A stretch of 64,000 nucleotides of DNA from an uncultured Gemmatimonadaceae bacterium. GTDB taxonomy: Bacteria > Gemmatimonadota > Gemmatimonadetes > Gemmatimonadales > Gemmatimonadaceae. Within the stretch, counting starts at the first letter, position 1, and every line of letters starts with the position of its first letter. Position numbers and translations under genes: made by a program. The notes below the pieces were generated by a model. It did no database searches. It saw only the letters and a program-made list of their open reading frames with translations, and had not been told where the DNA came from. Positions 51,342 through 60,376 of the stretch are shown here, one piece after another. Location of the stretch: positions 1,760,001-1,824,000 of the forward strand of contig CAVUDW010000002.1 in assembly GCA_963740355.1 (NCBI GenBank), read 5' to 3'.

Positions 51342-52460
51342 TTGATTTCAGTGTCTCGCGCGCGTACCGCAGGAAGCAAGCATCAGGAAGTCTTCGCCAC
51401 GCTCCTCCGTGAGATCCAGAGCGGGCGATGGAAGGAAGGAGAGAAGCTGCCCAGCGAGGCGGCACTCACAGAGCGATTCGCGCTCTCGCGGATCACCGTC
51501 GGTCGTGCACTGCGCGACCTCCAGGCCGCGGGCTACATCACCCGCCGCGCCGGCTCGGGAAGCTTCGTCACCCCGACCAACAACACGTCTGGCCGAACGT
51601 TCGGCATGTTGATCGCCGACATCAGCGAAACCGACGTGTACGAGTCCATCCTGCGCGGCATGATGGCCGCTCCCCTGGCGCGCGAACACGCCGTCGTCTC
51701 CGCCAGCGCGCCCTCCGATGCCGAGCCGGGGGATGTCGAAAAGCGCGCCGAGCGGGCATGGCAGCTCTGCAAGCAATACATCGATCGCCACGTGGATGGC
51801 GTCTTTTTCGCGCCAGTCGGCATGTCGCCCGTCGCGGGTGACGTGAACCACCGAATCGTGAAGGCGCTCGACGACGCACGCATTCCCGTCGTCCTGCTCG
51901 ATCGGCCGGTCACGCCGTATCCCGACCCGGGACGCCACGACCTCGTCGGCATCGACAATCGACTGGCCGGATACGTGATGACGGAGCACCTGCTGCAGCG
52001 CGGTGCGCGCCGCGTCATCTTCGTGCGGCAGCCGACCAGTGCGCCAACCGTCGATGCCCGGGAGTCTGGCTACAAGCGTGCGATGCGCGAGAAGTACGAC
52101 GCCGTGGATGGTGTGCGCCTCGATCCCGCCAACGCCACCGCCGTGCGGGCGATGCTGCGCACCCACGCGCCGGATGGCATCGTCTGTGCCAATGACCGCG
52201 TCGCGGGACGTCTGATGCACACGCTGTTGCGTGTCGGTGTGCGGATCCCCAGCGACCTGCGGCTGGTGGGAATCGACGACGTGGCCTACGCCTCGCTCCT
52301 GCCCGTGCCGCTCACGACCTACCGCCAGCCGACACTGCAGATCGGTGAGGTGGCGCTCTCGATGATGCTCACGCGCGTGGCGCGCCCGGAACTGCCGGCG
52401 CACGACATCCGCCTGCGGTGCGAGCTGATCGTGCGCGAATCGTGCGGTCGCGCGTCATGA
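51342..52460 (+). CDS. GntR-HTH plus LacI-type sugar-binding domain regulator (AraR-like)
   Basis: LPSEA.L..RF..SRITV..AL..L...G...RRAGSGSFV, then VGIDN, CAND, GIDD and LTT..QP motifs. Confidence 0.92.
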   Translation: MISVSRARTAGSKHQEVFATLLREIQSGRWKEGEKLPSEAALTERFALSRITVGRALRDLQAAGYITRRAGSGSFVTPTNNTSGRTFGMLIADISETDVYESILRGMMAAPLAREHAVVSASAPSDAEPGDVEKRAERAWQLCKQYIDRHVDGVFFAPVGMSPVAGDVNHRIVKALDDARIPVVLLDRPVTPYPDPGRHDLVGIDNRLAGYVMTEHLLQRGARRVIFVRQPTSAPTVDARESGYKRAMREKYDAVDGVRLDPANATAVRAMLRTHAPDGIVCANDRVAGRLMHTLLRVGVRIPSDLRLVGIDDVAYASLLPVPLTTYRQPTLQIGEVALSMMLTRVARPELPAHDIRLRCELIVRESCGRAS

Positions 52461-52585
52461 GCGTCGTGGCGAGTCCAACCGTGAAGCGCATGGTGCATCG
52501 CATGGTGAATCGCCACGACGCACTGCTCGTGAACCGGCGTACGTCCGCGTCCAGCGTGACGCAGCCCGATGGGCGCCCACTCGCG

Positions 52586-53896
52586 TCACCGCATCGCTGA
52601 GTACACCAGCACCTTGAATTGCTCACCGAGCCCGATGGTGGAGCCAAGGACGTTGGTGTAGATCAGCGCGACCAGCTGTTCTTTCGGGTCAGCCCAGTAG
52701 GTCGTGGTGAACGCGCCGCCCCACTCGAACGACCCGACCGTCAGCACCGAGCGGAAGTCGTTGTCCGGCGTTTCCAGCGCGAAGCCAAGGCCGAACGCCG
52801 GCTGCAGCCGCGGAATCTGGTTGGTCAGCATCAACTCGACGGTCTTGCGACTCACCAGTCGCACGCCATCCAGTTCGCCGCCGTTGAGGAAGAGTTGAAG
52901 GAAGCGCGCGTAGTCGGCGGTGGTGCCGGAGAGTCCGGCGCCGCCAGAGAAATACGACACCGGGCGCGCCGGGTAGTCGGGACGCATGGCGCTCTGCGAA
53001 CGCTCCATGACCTCCACCTTGCCGTCGGTCTCGGTGTGCAGCGTGACCAGTCGGCTGCGACGATCGGCGGGAAGCTCGAACCAGGTGTCCGTCATGCGCA
53101 GCGGCTCGAAGATGCGCGTGCGGAAGAACTGGTTCAGCGGCATGCCAGACCACACTTCCACGAGGCGACCGAGCACGTCGATGCTCAGGCCATAGTTGAA
53201 TCGTTCGCCAGGCTCGAACGCGAGCGGCAACTTGCCGAGGATCCGGATCTTGTCGGCAAGCACGTCACCTTCCGTGCCCAACGCGGTCAAGCCAGCCTTG
53301 GCGTAGATCGCCTTGAACTCATCACTGCCGATGTCGGCGTAGTCGAGCCCTGAGCTGTGCGTGAAGAGTTGCCGGATCGTCGTGCGGCGCTGCGCGGGCC
53401 TCGACGTGTAGCTGGAGTCGGACGGATTGAACTTCACCATCACCGTCTGCTTCTCGAACTCGGGGAGATACTTCGCGACCGGTTCGTCGAGCGAAAACCT
53501 CCCTTCCTCCCAGAGCATCATCGCCGCCAGCGAGGTGATGGCCTTGGTCTGGGATGCGATGCGGAAGATGTCGTCGGTACGGAGGGGGGCCTTGGTGCCG
53601 ACGTCGCGGTAGCCGAAGGCCTTGTGGTATTCCACCCGCCCATCGCGCACCAGCATCACGACCGCGCCAGGAAGCTTCCGTTCGGCGATCAAGCGTTCGA
53701 GCCAGGCATCGATGCGAGCCAACTGTGGCGCATTGAATGCGCTGCCACTGGCGCGGCGCGCTGGTGCGGAGGCTGCCGGCGACGGCTGTGCGCCAAGTGG
53801 CGATGACAGCGCCCATGCAAGCGGCAGGAGCGTCGCCGTTGCCGCGACGCGAGAAACCGGACCACGCAGTAGCGCAGTACGAAACAGGGAACGCAT
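52586..53896 (-). CDS. Secreted serine hydrolase, beta-lactamase/esterase VIII family
   Basis: FRIASQTK, L.THSSG, F.YG.S.DVLG, GGAGL and WGG motifs, plus a signal peptide. Confidence 0.9.
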   Translation of the reverse strand: MRSLFRTALLRGPVSRVAATATLLPLAWALSSPLGAQPSPAASAPARRASGSAFNAPQLARIDAWLERLIAERKLPGAVVMLVRDGRVEYHKAFGYRDVGTKAPLRTDDIFRIASQTKAITSLAAMMLWEEGRFSLDEPVAKYLPEFEKQTVMVKFNPSDSSYTSRPAQRRTTIRQLFTHSSGLDYADIGSDEFKAIYAKAGLTALGTEGDVLADKIRILGKLPLAFEPGERFNYGLSIDVLGRLVEVWSGMPLNQFFRTRIFEPLRMTDTWFELPADRRSRLVTLHTETDGKVEVMERSQSAMRPDYPARPVSYFSGGAGLSGTTADYARFLQLFLNGGELDGVRLVSRKTVELMLTNQIPRLQPAFGLGFALETPDNDFRSVLTVGSFEWGGAFTTTYWADPKEQLVALIYTNVLGSTIGLGEQFKVLVYSAMR

Positions 53897-54073
53897 GTCG
53901 ATTTGACCGAAGGGGGCAGGGGCGCGCCAGACGCTGGATTCGCCGAGGCGAAATAGGCGTCTGGGGCCGCTGGAGGTCAAATCCGGCTCAGCGTGTCAGA
54001 CGAAGTCATACGCACGCGTGACCTTCGCCGAGCCGTTTCGAATCGCCCTCGCGAGTGTGATCGCCGCCGACAG

Positions 54074-55543
54074 TCAGGGGCGTGCGCCCGCATCTGCGGC
54101 CGGTCGCGGCGTGGCGCCGGCGTCCAACCCATAGACATCCTGATAAAACGCGACCGAGCCATCGGCGCTTGCGGCGGCCGTGGCGTAGATGATGTGTACG
54201 GGAATTGCACGCTGCAGCTCGACGCGTGTCGGCATGCGCGAGTTCATGGCGGCGCTGATCGCAGCGGCATCCCATCCACCCTGCGCCTGCAGCAACAGGG
54301 CCGCCAACGCGGCCGGATCCGCCACACGCACACACCCGTGGCTGCGATCCCGACGATCGAGCAGGAAGTCAGGCTTCGTTGGCGTGTCGTGCAGGTAGAC
54401 ATCGTACTTGTTCGGGAACATGAACTTCACCTTGCCGAGGGCATTCGTGCCGCCGGGCAGCTGGCGGATACGGGCCTTGCCCTTGGTCACCAGCGAGACG
54501 CTGGCCGCGGTGGCTGGCAGCACCTGACCGCGAAGATTCAGGATCTGGTACCCGTTCATCGTCAGCACGTACGGGTCGCGCCGCGCAATCGGCAGCAGCT
54601 CCGATTTCACGAGACTCATCGGCACGTTCCAGTACGGGGCGAACTCGATGTAGCGCATCGAGTCACTGAAGATCGGCGTCTGGTGGTTGCGCGACTCACC
54701 GACCACCACGTCCATCGTCGTCACGCTGGCGACGGTGTCGTGCGCTGACGTGAGGACGTAGAGCTCGAAGGCCGGCACGTTGACGATGACCGAGAGGCCA
54801 TCGCTCTCGTGTGGGAGCGAACGCCAGCTATCCAGCGCCCGTTCGATCTGGGCCACGCGACCGACGATGGCCGGATTGACGGTGGCCAGCGACCGATAGC
54901 GCGGTAGCGACTGGCGAAGCTGTGCGTACTGCAGGTACTTCGGTTCGACGCCATCGAGCACTGCGGCGGGCGAGGCGCCAGAGGCGAGGTCGCGAAAGGC
55001 CGCGTACACCGCATCCGAGTCCGGTCGCGCTGACGAATCGGCGAACGCCCGACCCCACCGCAGCGCCCGCAGGACGCGCATCGAGGCGACGCTCAGACGA
55101 TTGTCGAATTCGAGGCGTTGGTCGTCACTGCTGAAGGGCGCGTCGGCCAGCGCGTGCAGCCCCGTGACATCGAAGTCGGCGGGCGCCAGGCCACGGTCGC
55201 CGATGTCGTCGAGCGCGGCGAGCAGCGCTCGCGCGGTCGCCGTTGCCGACACGCCGCGAGTCCAGAGCAGCGTGCGATCACCCGAGCCGTAGGCGCGCTT
55301 CAAGTCCTCGATGCGACTGGATGACTTGGCACTGGCGCTGTCGGCAGCGGTGTCGCGAACGACGGCCGCATATTGCAATCCTTCAGCGGCCCTGGCTGTG
55401 CGTTGTGCTACAGTCGCACGCTGTACGGTAGACGTGCGTGGTGCTGATGTCGTGCGTTGTGCGTGCGCCTGCGATGCCAGCGAAAGGCACAGCGTCGCGA
55501 AAAGCGTACACCGGAAAAAGCGTGCAATCGTGTCCTGCAGCAT
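54074..55543 (-). CDS. Murein L,D-transpeptidase (YcbB/LdtD-like)
   Basis: VNVPAF.L, VVVG, TP.F, PYWNVP, RQ.PG..NALG.VKF.FPN, LHDTP and SHGCVRV motifs. Confidence 0.92.
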   Translation of the reverse strand: MLQDTIARFFRCTLFATLCLSLASQAHAQRTTSAPRTSTVQRATVAQRTARAAEGLQYAAVVRDTAADSASAKSSSRIEDLKRAYGSGDRTLLWTRGVSATATARALLAALDDIGDRGLAPADFDVTGLHALADAPFSSDDQRLEFDNRLSVASMRVLRALRWGRAFADSSARPDSDAVYAAFRDLASGASPAAVLDGVEPKYLQYAQLRQSLPRYRSLATVNPAIVGRVAQIERALDSWRSLPHESDGLSVIVNVPAFELYVLTSAHDTVASVTTMDVVVGESRNHQTPIFSDSMRYIEFAPYWNVPMSLVKSELLPIARRDPYVLTMNGYQILNLRGQVLPATAASVSLVTKGKARIRQLPGGTNALGKVKFMFPNKYDVYLHDTPTKPDFLLDRRDRSHGCVRVADPAALAALLLQAQGGWDAAAISAAMNSRMPTRVELQRAIPVHIIYATAAASADGSVAFYQDVYGLDAGATPRPAADAGARP

Positions 55544-55944
55544 GGCGCTATGGGATGAAACGTGCGGCGTGGAGCACTAAGCCGACGCGTGAATATCCGC
55601 AGTCCGACGGCAAGGTCGGAGAGACCGATCCAGCAGCGTCGCCGGACGGAATTCGCACCGCTGGGCGTATGTCTGCATGCCCGAGCGATACCGCGCAGCT
55701 CATCCGCACCATCGCGACCACGCTCTGTGTGGCTACACCACTGCCATCACAAGGGTCAGCGACCTGCTTACGAGATCGATGCTGCTCTGTATGTGTAGCG
55801 ACTTCTGGCGCCCATCGCTACAGCAGGACGCCGACAATACATCTGATTGCGTGAAATGTCAGACATTGCCTCCATTCCGCCCCGCGAGCGCCATCGGTCG
55901 GCGGCGCAAAAGGGCCGTGTTGCCGACTCCCGGACGAGCCTGCG

Positions 55945-56385
55945 CTAGCGCTGGGGGCCGTCTTCCCATGCGGCCGCGACGATGCCGCTGGTGGCGAGCA
56001 CGGCGCGGATACCGAGTTCGAGGCGTTTCGGCACCGCCACGTCGACCCGTCGGGGAATCACGCCGAACAACCGCTTGCGGCGGTATGCCTGTACCCAGAG
56101 GCCCCAATCGCTCGATCCGGGGCGCCCGCCTTCATCGTGATCGTTGAGGTTGTAGATCGCGATCTCGAAGTCGACATCGTCCGCCTGCCCGGTGACGAGC
56201 CAACCCCAGTCCTCATCGAGGAACGTGGAATCGAACTTCCGGGCGGTCAGCCCCTCGCTGAGGAACGCTGCCACATCACGACCGTAAAATCGATTGCCCG
56301 CGTTGTACGCCTTCGGCAAGTCGCTCTGATGATCGAACTGGTCGGCCGTGAAGCGAAGCGAGAGAGACGGCGATGAGTCTGTCAC
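55945..56385 (-). CDS. Hypothetical protein
   Basis: Coding-like ORF with an EDWGW motif, co-oriented with its neighbours. Start uncertain. Confidence 0.6.
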   Translation of the reverse strand: MTDSSPSLSLRFTADQFDHQSDLPKAYNAGNRFYGRDVAAFLSEGLTARKFDSTFLDEDWGWLVTGQADDVDFEIAIYNLNDHDEGGRPGSSDWGLWVQAYRRKRLFGVIPRRVDVAVPKRLELGIRAVLATSGIVAAAWEDGPQR

Positions 56386-56454
56386 GAAGACGCTCCGGTG
56401 GTGGGACAGCCTCAGGCGCTGATCGAAGCGCACGCAGCGAAGATCAACGCCCGT

Positions 56455-56844
56455 TCAGCCAGCGTCAAATGCTGCGACCAGCTTGCGTGGCGCCGTCCGA
56501 CGCCAGGCGTCGCTGATCATCTCGAACAACACCGCCGAGCGAATCGCAGCCAGGCGAACCAGCACCGCCGGATAGTCGCGATAGTGATCGGTGATGAAGA
56601 AGGCGGCGGTGTCTGCGTCGAGCAGGTAGTCGCGCTCGAGCATGGTGCCGACCCCGATCACCACCACACCGTCCTCGCGGAGGCGGACAAAGCCCTTCTT
56701 GCCGACCTTCAGTGCCGGCGTGCCATACGACGTCGCCAGCTCCACGCTCGGCAAGGTGAGCCCGAAATGAACCAGTTCGTCCCACGTCACACCGGTTCGT
56801 TGCGTTCGTCGTGTGGCGACCTTGCGTGCGGCCTTCTTCACCAT
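56455..56844 (-). CDS. MmcQ/YjbR family protein
   Basis: LP.V....SYG.PALKV, FF.TDHY..YP.VLVRL and DAWR..AP motifs. Confidence 0.85.
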   Translation of the reverse strand: MVKKAARKVATRRTQRTGVTWDELVHFGLTLPSVELATSYGTPALKVGKKGFVRLREDGVVVIGVGTMLERDYLLDADTAAFFITDHYRDYPAVLVRLAAIRSAVLFEMISDAWRRTAPRKLVAAFDAG

Positions 56845-56861
56845 TCCTCACACCTCTGAAG

Positions 56862-57680
56862 TCACCGCGTAGCTGTGACCAGCTGTCCCTGAATCGATCC
56901 TTCGATCGGTCCCACGCCAAATCTGGCAGCGAGGGCGCTCGCAGTGGCAGCGGTCACGCGATCGAGAAGGTCTGCGCCGCGCGACAGGATCTCGTTCCGC
57001 ATCGGCGTGCCTTGACAGTACGCAACAGCTGCGTGTTTCGCAGAGGCGGAGTGACTGCGATGCGTGATGGTCTCGAAAGCCGCCGGCGCCGAGAATCCAG
57101 CGGCCTCGAGATGCTGCTGGATCACTGCCGGGTCGTGGTAGCCGTGCGGAGTGCGCGCCATGAATTGCGGGGGATCGTCGGCGAAGAACGCCGCCAACGC
57201 CGAGTTGACGGAGTCTGCAAACTCGTTGTTCTCGAGCCCGTTCCAGACGCTGAACAGGAATCGCCCACCGGGCACCAGCACGCGTCGTGCCTCTGCGAAC
57301 GCCATCACCTTCTCGGGGAAGAACATGGCACCGAACTGGCACACCACCACGTCGAAGCTTTCGTCAGCGAAGGGCAGCGCCTGCGCATCGGCCTGCCGCC
57401 AGCTGACGGGTCGCCGCGTCCCGACGGCTTCCGCCTGCGCCATCATTGACGGATTGAGATCGGTGGCGACCAGCATCGTGGCATCAGGCAGCAGGGCAGA
57501 GATGGCGCGTGTGACGACGCCGGTTCCCGCTGCCACTTCGAGCACACGACCCGGCGCCAGCGTCGCCACGCGTCGAGCCACATCCTGTGCATACGGCTCG
57601 AAGATCATCGGCACCATCAATTCGTCGTACAGTGCGGGAATCGATCCGGTGAACGCTCGATCGGTATCAGCTGTGGTCAT
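56862..57680 (-). CDS. Class I SAM-dependent methyltransferase (UbiE-like)
   Basis: VLEVAAGTG, TDLN..M, ADAQ.LPF....FD.V.CQFG.MFF and RVL.PGG motifs. Confidence 0.92.
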   Translation of the reverse strand: MTTADTDRAFTGSIPALYDELMVPMIFEPYAQDVARRVATLAPGRVLEVAAGTGVVTRAISALLPDATMLVATDLNPSMMAQAEAVGTRRPVSWRQADAQALPFADESFDVVVCQFGAMFFPEKVMAFAEARRVLVPGGRFLFSVWNGLENNEFADSVNSALAAFFADDPPQFMARTPHGYHDPAVIQQHLEAAGFSAPAAFETITHRSHSASAKHAAVAYCQGTPMRNEILSRGADLLDRVTAATASALAARFGVGPIEGSIQGQLVTATR

Positions 57681-57856
57681 GTGAGATCCGTACCTGAAAT
57701 CGGTTGATGTGCGCGAGGCGGGAGATCGTCAGGCCAGCAGCTTTGCCATGCGACGGACACATCGGGGCAACGTGTCCACTCCCTCGAATGTCTCCTGCGT
57801 CGTTCACGACGAAATCGTGCCATCAGCCTGGAATCGTTCCGACGGCGAACGGTCGA

Positions 57857-60199
57857 TCAAAGCGTGATTCGGCGTCTGACGACGGTGATGTCGCCCATCT
57901 GCACTGGAATCGTCCCCGCCGGTCGCGCTGGAATCAGGACGTTTGCGAGCGTCGGGAGTCCTGACGACATGCTCTCCAGTTCCAGTGCCATCGGCTTCGT
58001 TCCCTTGGCCAGCGTAAAGTCGATCACGAATCCTGAATCCGGCGGCGCGTTGAACTCGAAATTCCATTGCGCCTGACTGCGACGGAAGCGCGCGGTGTCG
58101 ATCACTCGACCATCCACCGCTGCCTTCGATACCTGCGAGCCGATCACCTGCACCCTCGTCCCGAGGACGGCGTGCGGCGACAGGATCCGCACCCGCACGA
58201 CTCGACCCTCGGCCCGGACCGCGTCACTGAGGATCTGTGCCGTTGGCCCAGGAGCAGCGACACGAGCGACGCGCCGCGCTGCGAGTCGGGACTGTGCCCC
58301 GAACGTGCTGCCGAGCCACTCCGGCAAACGGCCGGCTGCGGTCGAGTCTCCAGCGCGACCGATCAACGGATCAGCGCCGAGCGCCATCGCGCCCCAGCTT
58401 CCGGCGGAAGCGACCGACGCTGGTGTCACCAGCCAGGCGTCGTGGTCCGCGCTGTCGGCGTCGATCGCGTACGCCAGCAGCGACGATGCCGGATGGTCGA
58501 TCGTGCTGCGCACGGTGATGGCGCCGAACACGCAGAGCGCGACCGCAGGAACCAGAAGCATCATCGCGGCACGGGCGCGACGTTCACCCGCGATGGCCTC
58601 GAATTGAGGCGCGAGCAGCGCGGCCAGCAAGCTGACCAGCACCGCTGTCGCAATGCCACCGGTGCCGATCATTCCAAGGACAACCGGTCCGAAGAGCGCA
58701 ATGATGGGCACCATCACAGCCAGCGCGACCAGTGTCGCGAACCAACCACCGATGTCACGAGCCGCAGCGTTCGTGAACGCGACCGTGGCCAGCAGCGCGG
58801 CCAGCAATGGCCACACGAACAGGAAGCTCGCCCCCGCCTGCGTGAAGGAGAGATAGACGCTGAGTGCGGTCCACAGGGCCAGCACGCCGCCATACGCACC
58901 GTCGGCATTGGCCCATCGTCTCGCGAGTGCCCAGCATCCGTAGGTGACGGCCATCGCGAGCAGCACGAACGCCGTGCCGTACACGCCGCTGAAGGAGGGA
59001 TTGCCGCCGATCGGCACGTGGATGCGCGCGATGAGCGTACCCACGCCAAAGACCGCGCCGGCTGACGCCACCACGCCGACAGCGGTGAGCGGCGCGCCCA
59101 GCAACACACCTCGAAGCCAGCGTGGGTCGCGACGGCGGATCTGCCAGAGCGCGATCAGCAGCAGCACCAGCAGGACGATCGCGAGCGGACGCGCGACCGA
59201 CTCGGGATAGTAGATCACGCCAACGAGCGGGAGATCGCTGAAGACGGCATCGCCGGTGACGGGGCGGGGGAGTGGTCCGTTCGCGAGCGCGCGAGTTAGC
59301 ACCAACGCCTGCGCCCCTTCCTGCTGCAGGCTGCCCGGGTTCTGGTGGGCGAGATCATCCTGCGTGGTGTGGTACCGATCCACGCGGTCCACGAACGCAT
59401 AGTTCAGCGCGGGCTTGCCGAGCAGCGACACCTCCGACAAGTCGGTGTCGTTCGGCAACAGCCGATAGATCGTGACGGTGAGCGACGACGCGCTCACATC
59501 AGGCGCCGTGCGCAGCAGTCGCACGAGGTCGAGGTTTCCCGGGCCCGTCTCGAACATCGCCGAGCGCCCGCTGGTGCCACGCGCCTCGAAGTTGATCGTG
59601 ACCGCCACATCCTTCGCCCATGGATGTTCACGCACGAAGGCGGCCGCGCCGAGCAGGCCGGCTTCCTCGCCATCTGTAAAAAGGACAATCAGGTCGTGTG
59701 TAAGCGGCGGGCCGGCCCGTAGCGCGCGCAACGTCTCGAGGATCACCGAGACGCCGGATGCGGCATCCGACGCCGCCGGCCCCGCTGGAACTCCGTCGTA
59801 GTGAGACATCAGCATCACGGCCGGGCCGCCGGGCGTGGTGCCTGGCAGGCGCGCCACGATGTTGCGCACATGGCCGAGTGCCTGATAGCGGGTGCCGACT
59901 GCGGTGGCGTCCTGTGAGTCAGGCGCGATGCCAAGCCCTTTCAACGCACCGAGCAAGTAGGTGCGAACACGCTCGGCGTCTGCGCTGCCAATCGGATGGG
60001 GGCGCTGCGCGATCTCGCGCACATGCTGCTGCGCACGGATTGCGGAGAATTCGGTCGCCGCAGCGGTGGCAGGTACGGGCGATGGTGGTCGGTTGGCGCG
60101 CACCACCAGCGCAGCGCAGAGGCCGACCAGCGCCGCGGCGCGGAACAGTCGAGCGAGACCCGATGGTGATCGGTGCGTCGCGTCGTGCGGCTGCGGCAT
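57857..60199 (-). CDS. M28 family metallopeptidase with C-terminal multi-TM region (ERMP1-like)
   Basis: SHYDG, ASDAASG, DGEEAGLLGA, N.EARG, NDTD and YHT..D motifs, followed by about 8 TM helices. ATG 60199 is preferred because 60286 collides with the riboswitch leader. Confidence 0.9.
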   Translation of the reverse strand: MPQPHDATHRSPSGLARLFRAAALVGLCAALVVRANRPPSPVPATAAATEFSAIRAQQHVREIAQRPHPIGSADAERVRTYLLGALKGLGIAPDSQDATAVGTRYQALGHVRNIVARLPGTTPGGPAVMLMSHYDGVPAGPAASDAASGVSVILETLRALRAGPPLTHDLIVLFTDGEEAGLLGAAAFVREHPWAKDVAVTINFEARGTSGRSAMFETGPGNLDLVRLLRTAPDVSASSLTVTIYRLLPNDTDLSEVSLLGKPALNYAFVDRVDRYHTTQDDLAHQNPGSLQQEGAQALVLTRALANGPLPRPVTGDAVFSDLPLVGVIYYPESVARPLAIVLLVLLLIALWQIRRRDPRWLRGVLLGAPLTAVGVVASAGAVFGVGTLIARIHVPIGGNPSFSGVYGTAFVLLAMAVTYGCWALARRWANADGAYGGVLALWTALSVYLSFTQAGASFLFVWPLLAALLATVAFTNAAARDIGGWFATLVALAVMVPIIALFGPVVLGMIGTGGIATAVLVSLLAALLAPQFEAIAGERRARAAMMLLVPAVALCVFGAITVRSTIDHPASSLLAYAIDADSADHDAWLVTPASVASAGSWGAMALGADPLIGRAGDSTAAGRLPEWLGSTFGAQSRLAARRVARVAAPGPTAQILSDAVRAEGRVVRVRILSPHAVLGTRVQVIGSQVSKAAVDGRVIDTARFRRSQAQWNFEFNAPPDSGFVIDFTLAKGTKPMALELESMSSGLPTLANVLIPARPAGTIPVQMGDITVVRRRITL

Positions 60200-60287
60200 G
60201 TCGCTGTTCTGCAAGGTTCCGTTCCGTGGCTGGGGAGGGCGCGCGTCTGGCCTCGAATTTACCGGTGTGCTACCTTCCGTGGACATA

Positions 60288-60372
60288 GACCGGGGTGCCC
60301 CGTGCCGCTTCTGGCGCGACGGCTGAGAGAGTCCCGCAGAACCTGATCCGGATCATACCGGCGTAGGGAGTC
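60288..60372 (+). ncRNA. TPP riboswitch
   Basis: GGGGTGC...GCTGAGA...CCC..GAACCTGATCCGGATCATACCGGCGTAGGGA matches the THI-box consensus. Lies immediately upstream of a TonB-dependent receptor gene. Confidence 0.93.
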
Positions 60373-60376
60373 ACGC

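Noticed and set aside
52457..52600. Short ORF with a 12-bp tandem repeat (GTGMAKCGCATG, about 3 copies at 52481-52513)
   Set aside because: Short, degenerate, overlaps the convergent gene end, and has no recognisable product.
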